Origin: Lama glama | Taxonomy: Eukaryota | Length of the DNA: 64,000 nt | Direction of reading: 5' to 3' | Assembly: GCA_028534125.1 (NCBI GenBank) | Contig: CM052817.1 | Location: forward strand, 35,218,001 to 35,282,000 | Shown here: in pieces, positions 13,601 to 25,451 of the stretch | Position numbering within the stretch: the stretch's first letter is position 1 | Layout: the number at the start of each line of letters is the position of its first letter | Translations under genes and position numbers: made by a program | The notes under the pieces: model-generated | Seen by the model: only the letters and a program-made list of their open reading frames with translations | Told to the model about the DNA's origin: nothing | Database searches by the model: none

Positions 13601-14009
13601 ATCATGCAGGCATAGCTTCTGTGCACAGAAAAAATTAGGTTTCTAGAAATTCTCAGAAATGAGAGTTGACTGCGCTGTGCTCACTGGAGTTCTGTATGAA
13701 ATAGTTATGATCCCATAGCTTTCTTTCCCTAATTCTGCTCCCCAAAGATGCCCCAGTGTTTCAGTGGGTTTTCCCTTCTCATCCTTTGATAAATCTAAAC
13801 GTGGCTCTGACTTGTTGCTTTCTGCTCTTCCCTCAAAATGCAATCTAGTGGAGATCTCCGATTCGGCTCCCCCAGCGCCCCTGGTGAAGGAAGTCACAAA
13901 GAGGTTCTCTACGCCAGACGCTGCGCCCGTGTCAACAGAACCAGCCTGGCTGGCTTTGGCCAAGAGGAAAGCCAAGGCCTGGAGCGACTGTCCACAGATT
14001 ATTAAGTAA
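1487..14009 (+). CDS. CRACD: CRACD/KIAA1211 (capping protein-inhibiting regulator of actin dynamics), 3' part: join(1487-1669,2305-5257,10972-11162,11733-11895,13849-14009); 5' exons not identified in window
   Basis: Five AG/GT-bounded exons join in phase. Recognised motifs: ARLDNSAAKHKLSVKPK, FQVSSGGKQILFPKV, SPFGIKLRRT, EPAWLALAKRKAKAWSDCPQIIK*. Synteny with AASDH and PPAT. Confidence 0.93.
2305..5257 (+). CDS. CRACD: CRACD giant exon (2953 nt; E/R-rich helical region then Pro-rich region)
   Basis: ttag|GATCGA acceptor in the same frame as ORF 2785-5265; AAAG|gtgcgt donor in phase 1, matching the next exon. Confidence 0.92.
2726..2779 (+). repeat. Perfect 24-nt tandem duplication (CGGAGGCCGGGGAGCCAAGGCGTC x2.25) encoding EAGEPRRP repeats
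   Basis: Direct reading. Confidence 0.9.
2947..3100 (+). repeat. Coding minisatellite, ~6 units of 24-27 nt (RRREEEEQ)
   Basis: AGGCGGCGGGAGGAGGAGGAGCAG-type units. Confidence 0.9.
6945..7052 (-). mobile_element. Short fragment resembling an L1 5' terminus
   Basis: Minus strand GGTTCAAGACGGTGACATCAGAGGATCCTGAACTCCCCTCC loosely resembles the L1 start at ~16900. Confidence 0.4.
7110..7600 (-). mobile_element. Old L1 3' fragment
   Basis: Typical antisense L1 text (gatggacatttgggttgcttcca, ggttccaatttctccacatcctcaccaac). Confidence 0.75.
10270..10953. mobile_element. MER21-like LTR
   Basis: ctggagatagcatcagatcccacaggttaagggctcagtcccac and terminal tatcacaatatca resemble MER21. Confidence 0.6.
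10972..11162 (+). CDS. CRACD: CRACD exon (EKPVLQSRHSLDGSK...PLWITLALQKQKGFREQQ...KEN)
   Basis: tttccccacag| and |gtgagt; phases consistent. Confidence 0.92.
11733..11895 (+). CDS. CRACD: CRACD exon (VSGSPQPG...REQLKKANTLPTSVT)
   Basis: cacccag| and |gtaagg; 163 nt, phase 0/1. Confidence 0.9.
12081..12275. mobile_element. hAT-type MITE (MER53-like)
   Basis: CAGTGG...CCACTG termini. Confidence 0.4.
13849..14009 (+). CDS. CRACD: CRACD terminal coding exon (VEISDSAPP...WSDCPQIIK*)
   Basis: tctag| acceptor; TAA at 14007-14009. Confidence 0.92.
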
Positions 14010-16790
14010 AGAATGACTCATCCATTTCCTTTGCCAGTTACTGGCTCTTCTCTTGCCCTTTTTATTTATTTATTTTTTATATGAGGTAAAGAAACCAAGC
14101 TAGGGAAAAGCAGCATGTTTTATAGGCTCTAAAATAATGTTTAGAAACTGAACTGGTGGTGTTCCTTGTAAAAAGTGTATTTGCACAACCCTAGGTCCTG
14201 GTGCCTTGAGCTCCTCCTAGTTCTGAAGAGAAAAATTCCGTCCAAGGGACCACACGAAGCAAAGTCTCCAGACTAAGAATTCCTCACAAGAGCCTGCCGT
14301 ACCCATTCTGTGGCCCTTCTACACATGCACACCCACACACCGTTCAGAACGGGTGCTTATGCCAATCTCTGTACTGGTTTTTTAATTCTTTACTCCAGTT
14401 TCTTTTATCCAAACCATTTACCATATCTTTGGGGATTCCTACCTTTTTCCAGTAATAGTGAAAGGGTCATATACAGAAAGAAACAAGAATGCCCATTCTC
14501 CTGACTGCAGTAAGCAACTGGAAACTGCAAGTACAAGTCTGGCTCCTGGCTCTGTGCCCATGTCCGCTTTTCATGACTTGTCCGCAGCCAGACTCTGTGA
14601 CATAGAGAGTGAGTCCACCACACGTCTACCCCTCTGCTGAGCTGCAGGCCTTGTTAGACCAGAACTCTCCTTAAGGACATGTTAACCATGTGGCCCAGCT
14701 GGCTCCTAGGGAATATTTTTATTTCAAGTGATTAAAATAAAAATAAAAATAAAAGGAAGCTACAAATTCTGTCTCTAGCATCCCCATCTAGTGTAGTTGT
14801 TCTTAAGATGTCCAGGCTCCATCCCAGACTTACTCAATCAGAGATCCTGTGAGGATGGGACCAGATGTATATACTCTGGCAGAAACTATTCAGATAAATT
14901 CTGACATATCAGAAAGTTTGAGAACCTTAGGATACACTGCTTCTAGTGTAATCTAGTTTTTAAAACTCCGAAGGGGAGGCTCACTTCATCCAAATCAGCA
15001 AAGATGAGAAGGAAAAATAATAAAACAACCCCCCCAAACCAGCCATTTATTATAAGGCACAAGAAGCTATTGACATTACCTGTCTCTGAAAATTCTGTAG
15101 GTCTTTAGGGAAAGTTAACAGTAAGATAAGATTTGAAACCTTTGTACTAAGGATTTCCTGTGGGAAGTTTCTTTACCACAGTCAAGTAACTCATATTTAA
15201 AGTCAAATGTTCAATAACATTTATAATGTAGAGCATTCACCTTGCTACCTTTAAAAACATCTGAGTTTTAAGTGGCCTTGTTTTATACACATGTGCTACA
15301 AAGAAGGGACTTGGCAACTTGAAAGCCACATATATTCACTTCTATGTTCCCTAAATTTGCTTTACATGAAACACATATAGCAGACTCACATGTTGTTAGT
15401 AGTAACTTACATTTCATGGTGTTGGGCATCTTCCCCTTTTCTTAGATTCTGACTTCAAAATCTAAGTACAAATCCTCTGCCTAGTACAAGGGAAGGAATT
15501 ACATCCTTTTGTCCTCTCCTACAAAAATACATTTTATTAGTATCATTTTCCTTTATGCTTATTCAATAGAGTGTGCTGTTATTCTACTATTTAAAGGATG
15601 ACAGCAGTTATTTACAGAAGGCATTTTCTTTCTGGAAACGATGGCTCAGCCTCCTGGTAGCAGCTGGCACGTGTGGTGAAGCGGACAGTTGTACTTTTTG
15701 CAAGGTGGAGTTAATACTATATATAGTGGTCCTTCAGACTGTTAAGACTCAATGGAACTTTAATTTTTTATGGCTATGAGAAGCAATTAATATTCCACTG
15801 CACGTTTTCCACACTCATGTTCATTTCTAAACCAGATATATAGGCATTTGTTAGTTTCAATGATTTCTTCACTAACACTTTTAATAAATAGGAATCTTTC
15901 CACTTAGAGCCCTGGAAATACAGTGCTACATTAATTATTCTGAATGGACTTTTTCTTTCATCCTGTCAGCTCTGACTAGTATCACAGTAATGGTAGAAAA
16001 CAGGCGAAGAAATCAGATCACTAACAAAGAGTGGTACACAAGTTAACTGTACTGGCTTACCTACCACTGAGCCCATACAAGGAGAAATACCTCAGTTGAA
16101 AAACTTCCATCAGAGTCTTTAAGAGTATACTGAGGAAATGACAGTCACAGCACTTAACTTCCAAAAACTTCTAAAGGCTACATGTTTAATATTTCATGCA
16201 AAAATTACTCCAAATTTGCACTATTTACCAATGAAGTGTTATTTTGCTTTAGCTGTGTTGCAGTCTTTTCTGATCAACAAACTATGGGGGAAGTTCTATA
16301 AAGCATATAAAAAATTCAAGACTAAAAAAACATGAACGATTGCTATGTTAAATACGCAAGCTTAGTTTTTTTTTTTAAACATATATACATTTCTGGCAAG
16401 GTTACAGATGATTAACCTCTGTTCATAAGACTTATATATACAAAACTAGAGTTTTTATGTTTACTTTTTTAATTTTTCAAGTGCAATTGTTTCTTATACA
16501 ACATTAATTACTATTATCATTTTAGCCAGTTATTAGCAAATTGTAGTATGTATTGTCTCTTCTTGTGATGTTTAGTTTTAATTGCTTATTTTAAAGCAGA
16601 AACATTAGAGTTACAAGTGTCTTGCAATATTTTTATCAATAATAAAATGAAGTAGAGACTTAACAATGAAAATACCTTAGTGTGATTTTAATATTATTTT
16701 GAGATTTTGGTTGTATAAAGTTTTAATGTAAAATGTTCACTATTGAAGGAAAAAGACCTTTCAATAAAAAACACCCACAAGATCTTTGGC
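14010..16790 (+). other. CRACD: CRACD 3'UTR; candidate AATAAA signals at 16641 and 16763
   Basis: AT-rich, repeat-poor sequence after the stop; hexamers seen; true end inferred. Confidence 0.6.
14790..14930. mobile_element. MER5-like hAT fragment in CRACD 3'UTR
   Basis: ccaggctccatcccagacttactcaatcaga ... aagtttgagaacc. Confidence 0.45.
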
Positions 16791-16899
16791 ACTGATGGAG
16801 TTTCCTTTTCAATGACCATCTATACCAAGCTCATGCTTACACAGATTTTGTCAAGAGAAAACTTTCAAGGCATTTTATAGGGTATGTTATCAATTTTCC

Positions 16900-19800
16900 A
16901 GTCAACATGGCGGAGTAGTAGGACCATGATCTTGCCTCTTCTCACGGCTACGACAGAACCACAACTGACCACTAACCAACCATCAAAAAATAGACCGGGG
17001 CTTCGCAAAAAAGATCTCCTTCAACTGGAAGCTTAAAGGGGGAACCACAGTGGGATGGTAGGAGAAGCGTGCCCATGATATAATCAGGACCCATACCTGC
17101 CCAGGTGGGCAACCCACAAGCTGAAGAATAATTAAGTCACAGAGGCCCTCCCACAGGAGTGAGAGTTCTGAGCTCCACATTAGGCTCCCCAGCCCAGGGT
17201 TCCACTACTGGGAGGAGGAGACCCCAGGACATCTGGTTTTGAAGGCCTGTGGAGCTTAACTTCAAGAGCCTCATGGGACTGGGAGAAACAGAGACTTCAT
17301 TCTCTTGGGAAGCATACACAGAATCTCGTGTGCACCAGGTACAAGGGCAGAGGCAGTGATTTCATAGGAACCTGGGCCAGACCTACCTGCTGGTTTTGGA
17401 AGGTCTCCTGAGGAAGGAGGGGACATAAAAGCTAGTGCCAGGAGTCTTCATCTACGTGAGCTTTCCTGGAGGCTGCCATCTTGATTGGATCAGTAGCACC
17501 AAGACCTAGACCCACCCAACAGCCTGTAGGATTAAGGGCTGGGAAGCCTCAGGCCAGACAACCTACTGGATAGGGACACAGTCCTACCCATCAGCAGACT
17601 TCCTGAGCCACAAATGCCTCTAGACACAGCCCTATTCACCAGATGTCCAGGACCAAGCTTCACCCAGCAGTGAGCAGGCACCAACTCCTCCTGCCAGGAA
17701 ACCTGCATAAGCCTCTAGTCCAGCCTCATCCACCAGGGGGCAGATAACAGAAATAAAACAATCCCAAAGCCTGTGGAAGGAATCCACAAACACAGGTCAG
17801 ACTGTACCCTGGGACTGGCTGGATGCTGGCCCTTGGGTGACAGGAGTGTACTGCTAGAACTCATAGGACGTCTCCCACAGAGGGCCACTTCTTCAAGGTT
17901 GAGAAACATAACTAACCAACCTAAAAATACAAATAGCAAGATAGACAATATGAGGTGGCAGAGGAATATCTTCCAGGCCGAGGCACAAGATAAAATACCA
18001 GAAGAAGTAACTGATGAGGAAATAGGCAATTTATCCAAGAAAGAGTTTAGAGTAATGAGAGCGAAGATTTTCAGAAAACTCAAGAGGAGTGTAGATGCAC
18101 AAAGCAAAGTTTTTAGCAAAGAGTTGGAAAGTATAAAGAATACCCAAACAGAGTTGAAGAAAAAAATCACTGAAATGAATAACACACTAGAAAGAACCAA
18201 GAACAGACTCAATGAGGCAGAAGAATGGATTAATGAACTAGAAGACAGATTAGTGGAAATCACTACTTCAGAAAAAAGAAAAAAGAATGAAAAGAAATGA
18301 TAATAGTTTAAGAGAACTCTGGGACACTAATAATCACAGGGGTCCCAGAAAGAGGAGAGAAAGAGAAGGGACCTGAGAAAATTTTTGAAAAGAACATAAC
18401 CAAAAATGTCCCTAACTTGGTAAAAGAAACAGTCACCCAAGTCCAGGAAGTGCACAGTTCCACACAGGATCAACCAGCTGGGCCCAGGCCCAGGCCTGGC
18501 CATGCCTACTGGCAGGCTAACACAAGCTCTGGGACATCCTGGACCCTTTACACAACTGTGTTGGGAACCAGCCCCACCTCCCCACCAGCAATCTGGCACC
18601 AGCACTGGAACTCTTGGGCCCAGCAACCAGACTCTAAGACTCAGCTCTGCCCGCCAGTAGACCAGCACTAACCTCAGGACTTGGCTTTGCCCACCAAGGA
18701 GGGGGAGTAACAGCCTTGGAGTATTCTAGACCCTGATTCTACCCACCAATGAGCCAACACTAGCCCTAGGACCCATGAGGTTTTGCAGTCAGCAGCCTTG
18801 AGACCTGGTCCCACCAACCAGCAGCCATCAGCCTCTGCAAAGGGCAGGGCTTGGCAACCAACTGGACTAGGGGCCAACCAAGCCTAGACAGCCTACAGAG
18901 TTAGCCCAGCACAATAGAAGGACCCACACAGCACTCACAGGGGGACCTCCTAGAGCATATAGCTCAGGTGATGAGAGGGGAGGGCACTGCTGGGACACAA
19001 AGGATGTCTCCCACAGAATGCTACTTGTCCAAGGTCAGGAAACATAATCAACCTACTAGATTCATCAAAAAAAAAAAAAAAACCCACACAAAAAACCCTC
19101 AGCAACTTAGGCAAAATGTGGCAACAGAGGAACATGTTCCAGATGAAAGAACAAGATAAAACCCTAGAAGAACTATGTGAAGTGAGAGGCAAATACCCAA
19201 GAAAGAGTTTACGGTAGTGATGGTATAGATGGTCAGAGAACTTGCGAAAAGAATGGATACAGAGTGAGAAGTTAAAACTTGTAAACAAAGAATTAGAAAA
19301 TATAAAGAACAAGCAAACAGAGATGAAGAATACAGTAACTGAAATTAAACATACACTAGAAGGAATCAACTGTAGACCAAATGATACAGAGAAATGGATC
19401 AGTGAGCTGGAATACAGAGTAGTGGAAATCACATGCTGAACAGAAAAAAGAATGAAAAGAAATGTGGACAATATAAGAGACCTCTAAGACAACATCAAGT
19501 GCACTAATATTTTCATTATAGGGGTCCCAGAAGGAAGAGAGAAAGGGGCTGAGACTATATTTGAAGACATAATAGCTGAAAACTTCCCTAATCTGGGAAA
19601 GGAAACAGGTATCCAAATCCAGGAAGCACAGAGAGTCCTATACAGGATTGACCCAAAGAGGAACACATGAAAATACATTGTAATTAAAATGGCAAAAATT
19701 AAAGACAAAGAGAATATTAAAAGCAGCAAAGGAAAAGCAACAAATAACATACAAGAGGACTCCCATAAGGCTATCAGCTAATTTTTTCAGCAGAAACTCT

Positions 19801-22794
19801 ACAGGCCAGAAGGAAGTGGCACAAAGTATTTTAAGTGATGAAAGGAAAAAACCTACAATGAAAAATACTCTATGCAACAAGGCTCTTGTTCAGATTTGTT
19901 GGAGAGATCAAAGGCTTTACAGACAAGAAAAAGCTGAAAGAGTTCAGAACCATCAAACCAGCTTTATAAGAGGTGTTAAAGGAACTTCTCTTAATGAAAA
20001 AGAAAAGGCCACAAATACAAAAAGAAAAAGCTTATTGGTAAAGGCAAACATACAGTAAAGGTAGGAAATCATCTACACACAAAACTAGTAGGGAGGTTAA
20101 AAGACAACAGTAGTGAAGTCATCTACATCCACAATAAGAAGTTAAGGGACACATAAAACAACTAGAGGTAAAACGTGATAACAAAAAACAGTACTGTGAG
20201 GAAAGGAGAATACAAATGCAGGATTGTTAAAATGCATTTGAAATTAAGATGACAGCAACTTAAAACAATCATATAAAAACTTAATGGTAAACCACAAAAC
20301 TTAATGGTAACCACAAGCCAAAAATCTATAATAAATACATACAAAAAAAGGAATCCAAATACAACACTAAAGACAGTCATCAAATCACAAGAGAAGAGAA
20401 AAGAAGAAAAAATGATCAAAAAACACCTACAAAAACAACCCCAAAACAATGAGCAAAATAGCAATAAGAACATACATATCAATAATTACTTTAAATGTAA
20501 ACAGACTAAATGCTCTAATCAAAAGACAGAGTGGCTGAATGGATACAAAAACATGGCCCAAATAAATCCTGCCTACAGAAGACTCACTTCACATCTAAAG
20601 ACATACAGACTGAAAGTGAAAAGATGGAAAAGGTATTCCATGCAAATGGAAATCAAAGAAAGGTGAAGTGGCAATACTCATACCTAACAAAATAAACATT
20701 AATATAAAGACTGTTACAAGAGACAAAGAAGGCCACTACTCATTATACTGTGGATCAATCCAAGAAGAAGATATTGTAATATATATAAGCACCAACATAG
20801 GAGCACCAAAATACATAAAGCAAATACTAACAGACATAAAGAGAGAGATCAATAGTAACACAATAATAGTAGGGGACTTTAACACCCCACTTATGTCAAT
20901 GGACAGGTCACCCAGACAGAAAATCGTAAGGAAACATCAGCCTTAAATGACATATCAGACTAGATGCACTTAATGGATATATTTAGAACACTTCATGCAA
21001 AAGCAGAATACACGTTCTTTTCAAGCGCACAAGGAACATTCTCCAGGATAGATCACATTTCAGGCCACAAAACAAGCCTCAGTAAATTTGAGAAAATTTA
21101 AATCATATCAAGTATCTTTTCTAACCACAGTGATATGAGACAAGAAATCAACAACAACTGCAAAAAATACAAACATATGGAGATGAAAAAATATGCTACT
21201 AAACAACCAATGGATCACTGAAGAAATCAAAGAGAAAAAAACAAACAAACCTGGGAACAAATGAAAATGAACAATGATCCAAAGTCTATGGGACACAGCA
21301 AAAGCAGTTCTAAGAGGGAAGTTTATGGCAATACAAACTTACCTCAGGAAATGAGAGGTATTTGTTTGAGATTTGACAAATAACCTAAACTTATACTGAA
21401 ACTAGAAAAAGAAAAACAAATAAAACCTGTAGTAGAAGGAAAGAAATAAAGATCAGAGCAGAAATAAATGAAAGAAACTAAGGAAAACAATGGAAAAGAT
21501 CAATGAGACTAAAAGCTGTTTCTCTGAAAAGATAAAAAAAATTGACTCATTAGTTCAGACTCATCAAGAAAAAAGGAAAGAAGGCCCAAATCAATAAAAT
21601 CAGAAATGAAAAAGGAGAAGTTACAACTGACACTACAGAAACATGCAAGATCATAAGAGACTACTAAGAACAACTATATACCAATAAAATAGACAACCTA
21701 GAAGAAATGGAAAAATTCTTAGAAATGTACAATCTCACAAGACTCAACCGGGAATAGAAAATATGAACAGATCTATCACCAGCAATAAAACTGAATCAGT
21801 AATTTAAAAACTCCCAACAAAATCCAAGACTACATAGATTCACAAGTGAATTCAACAAAACATTTAAAGAAGAATTAACACCTATTCTTGTCAAAATATT
21901 AAAAAAAAAATTCAGAGGGACGCTTATGAACACATATTACAAAGCCAGAATCACTGTGATACCAAAACCAGACAGATATCACAAAGAAAGAAAATGACAA
22001 CCTAATATCACTAATGAACATAGATACAAAAATCCTCAACAAAATATTAGCAATCTGAATCCAACAATACATTAGAAGTATCTTACACCATGATCAAGTA
22101 TGATTTATCCCAGGGATGCAAAGATTTTTCAATATCTGCAAATCAATGTGATAGACCACATTAACAAATTGAAGAATAAAAACCACATGATCATCTCAAT
22201 AGATACGGAAAAAGCTTTTGACAAAATTCAATATTCATTTGTGATAAAAACTGTCCAGAGAGTAGGAACATAGTTCAACATAATAAAGGCCATATACGAT
22301 AAACCCACAGCTAACATCATACTCAATGGTGAAAAGCTGAAAGCATTTCTTCTAAGTTCAGGAACAAGACAAGGATGCCCACACTCACTACTTTAACTCA
22401 ACATAGTATTGGAGGCTCTAGCCACAGCAATCAGACAATAAAAGGAATCCAAGTTGGAAAGGAAGAGATACAACTGTCACTGCAGATGACATGATACTAT
22501 ACATAGAAAATCATAAAGACACCACCAGAAAGAGAAAGAAAAATATCATATCACTCATATGTGAAATCTAAAAAAAAAAGGACAGACACTATGAACTCAT
22601 CTACAAAACAGAAACAGACTCATAATCTTTTGGCCACTGGGAAAAGGGGGTGAGAAGATAAATTTGGGAGTTTGAGATTTGCAAATATTAACCACTATAT
22701 ATATAGATTAAAATTTTTCTTCTGTATAGCACAGGAAGCTATATTCAATATCTTATAATAACCTTTAATGAAAAAGAATATGTAAACAAACATA

Positions 22795-22825
<31 letters not shown>

Positions 22826-23840
22826 GCATGACTGGGCCATTATGTTGTATACTAGAAACTGACACAACATAACTGACTATATTTCAATTAAAAAAAAAAA
22901 TGGGCAGAAGACCTGAACAGGAACTTTTCCAAAGAGGAAATGCAGATGGCTGATGAAAAGATCCTTAACATTGCTAATCATCAGGGAAATGCAAATCAAA
23001 ACCTTAATGAGATATCATCTCACATCTATCAGAGTGGCTATCATTAAAAGGAACACGAATAACAAATGTTGGCGAGGATGTGGAGAAAAGAGAAACTCGT
23101 ACACTGTTGGTGGTGATGGAAACTGATGTAGCCATTATAAGAAACAGTATGGAGGTTTCTCAGAAAACTGAAAACAGATCTACCATATGACCCAGCAATT
23201 CCACTCCTGGGTATATATCCAATAAAAAACAAAAACACTAATTCAAAAAGATATATGTACCCGAATCTTCATAGCAGCATTATTTACAATTGCCAAGATA
23301 CAGAAGCAACCTAAGTGCCCACCAACAGATGAATGGATAAAGAAGATGTGGTATATGCATTTGATGAAATACTACTCAACCATAAAAAAGAACAAAATTC
23401 TGATATTTGCAACAACATGGCTGGACTTGGAAGTATTATGCTAAGTGAAATAAGTCAGACAGATAGACAAGTACTGTATAATTATCACTGATACGTGGAA
23501 TCTAAAAATATAAAAGTAGTGAATACAAGAAAAAGGAAATAGACTCACAGATATGGAGAACAAACTAGTGGTTACCAGTGGGGAGAAAGAAGGGAGGAGG
23601 GACAAGATAGTGGTAAGGGATTAAGAGGTATACACTATTACGTGTAAAATAAATAAGCTACAAGGATATATTGTACAACACATGGAATATAGCCAATATT
23701 TTATAATAACAATAAATGGAGTATAACCTTTAAAACTTGTGAATCACTATGTCATATTTATGTTATATATGTCATGTCAAACTTATATATTATACATTAA
23801 CTATACTTCAATATAAATAAAAAATAAACAAACAAACAAA
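16900..23840 (+). mobile_element. Decayed near-full-length composite LINE-1 (5'UTR, two ORF1 segments, ORF2 EN/RT remnants, 3'UTR, A-rich tail)
   Basis: ORF1-like coiled coils; endonuclease motif IIVGDFNTPL (ORF 20668-20946); RT motifs GTRQGCP (~22360) and ADDMILY (~22483); many stops and frameshifts. Confidence 0.93.
22527..22900 (+). mobile_element. 3' end of a different L1 subfamily, with its own poly(A), nested in ORF2 of the older L1
   Basis: L1 3'UTR text ending ttcaattaaaaaaaaaaa, after which ORF2 text resumes. Confidence 0.75.
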
Positions 23841-23959
23841 TATATCCTGCGTAAAATAGCCCAAATTGACTTCTACTGCTTGTAACCAAGAATTCTGGCA
23901 TGTTTGATAATTGAGATTCTACTGGCGAATAAATGGACAAATGAAATGATACTGCAGCT

Positions 23960-24340
23960 GACTGTACAATTAGGAGAAAGGTCAGCAACAGAGTATAGCT
24001 GGGGTTGGCTGGAATGCTGGGGGCCATATCCTTGGCTGTCACTGTTCACTGGCTCCTGTGGCTCTTCTCAGTGTAGTCTTAGCTTGTGGTTCCCTCACCA
24101 CATGGCTTCTCCAGCAGACAGCCAGACTGATGTGGCAGCTCGGGGTTCCCTAGGCTATAAAAGCAGAAGATGCCAGGCCTTCTTGAAGATTAGGCTCACA
24201 AGTGGCAGTGTTACCATCACTGCATTCTGTTGGTTAAAGCAAATCATAGATCAAGCCCAGGTGTAAGAGAAGGGGGCTGCAAAAAGGGCATGACTAGCAG
24301 AGGAGATACAGTTCCCTGGGGGCAATTTACTACCAGGTAA
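23960..24340. mobile_element. Old MaLR (MLT1-like) LTR fragment
   Basis: cactgcattctgttggttaaagcaaatcatag...agcccag pattern. Confidence 0.4.
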
Positions 24341-25061
24341 ATGGAAGTATAAGCAAAGTGCTATGGGACTAAAGAAGCAACATAAAGCATTATGAGATAA
24401 CATGATACTTAAAAGTATATAAAGTTTTTCTCTTTCCTAGTTTTTTCTGTGTTCCCTGTCTTCAAGCCACTGAACAACAAAAAAGAGTGTTACAACAACA
24501 AAATCTAATAAATTGAAAAACACAGGTGTAAAAATATTCACCATCCAAGTTCATATATCAAAAATTGAGAAAAGGAAGTGTGTCCACTTGAAACTATACA
24601 GTGTATATATGTTATTCCACATTAATACTTTGTTCATTTAAAAATATTAAATTAAGGAACCTAATTTGATAAATAAATCCTATCTTTGAAAACCGTTTGT
24701 TATGAATCTCAGTGTAAATGAGTGAATGGTGGATTACCTCACAGACTAAACTTTTAACCCAGCAAGTATATTCAGATCATTTTTCCCTGAGGTCTTCTAT
24801 AACAAAACCAAAGTAGAACATCTGTAGCCTAATTTAAAAAGTCTTACTTAATATATTGATGTGTTTTGTTCTGTAATTCCTTTTAAAAGCATCTGCTGCT
24901 CCTGCAGGAAGTAAAATAGGGTTATTTTCCAAGAAAGCATAACAGACAAGTTTCTTAAACAAAATATAATCTTTAACATAAAATAAGACTATTTGCATCC
25001 TCTATAACATAAAATATTTTCAAACATCTCACAGATATATTCTAGTAAGGAGTGCACTTGA

Positions 25062-25451
25062 TTATTTTTGTTTGCCACTCAATAAATCCAGACAGTAAAC
25101 ATAATTATTTCTACATCCAATGATAAGCATTGATTCCCAGACCACAGGAGAAGAGAAAACTTCTCCAGGAAGTTGATACACACTTTGCAACTGTCCACTC
25201 TTAGATTCCAAGATCCACAGTTTCCCATCAGTAGATGCTGCTGCCAGCAACATTTCATTGCTACGATTGTGGTTATGGAAAGCAAATGGTGTTGAATACA
25301 CCCTTGAAGTAGTTTCAAATTTCCACTGGAGGTGACCTTTCATACTACAACAGTAGATAAAGCAATCATGGGAACCAAAAAATATTTCTTGCTCTGATGC
25401 TGAGGTACATGGAGATGAAAAGATTGGTTCATTGGTAGAGAATTTCCATAC
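25062..25451 (-). CDS. AASDH: AASDH terminal coding exon (VWKFSTNEPIFSSP...LLSGKQK*)
   Basis: 390 nt ending in TAA. Confidence 0.93.
   Translation of the reverse strand, partial: VWKFSTNEPIFSSPCTSASEQEIFFGSHDCFIYCCSMKGHLQWKFETTSRVYSTPFAFHNHNRSNEMLLAAASTDGKLWILESKSGQLQSVYQLPGEVFSSPVVWESMLIIGCRNNYVYCLDLLSGKQK

Noticed and set aside
17773..18300. 175-aa ORF as a novel gene
   Set aside because: L1 ORF1 remnant that frameshifts in an A-run.
20276..20316. ~20-bp tandem duplication (aaaacttaatggtaa(a)ccac)
   Set aside because: Local slippage in a dead L1; no functional implication.
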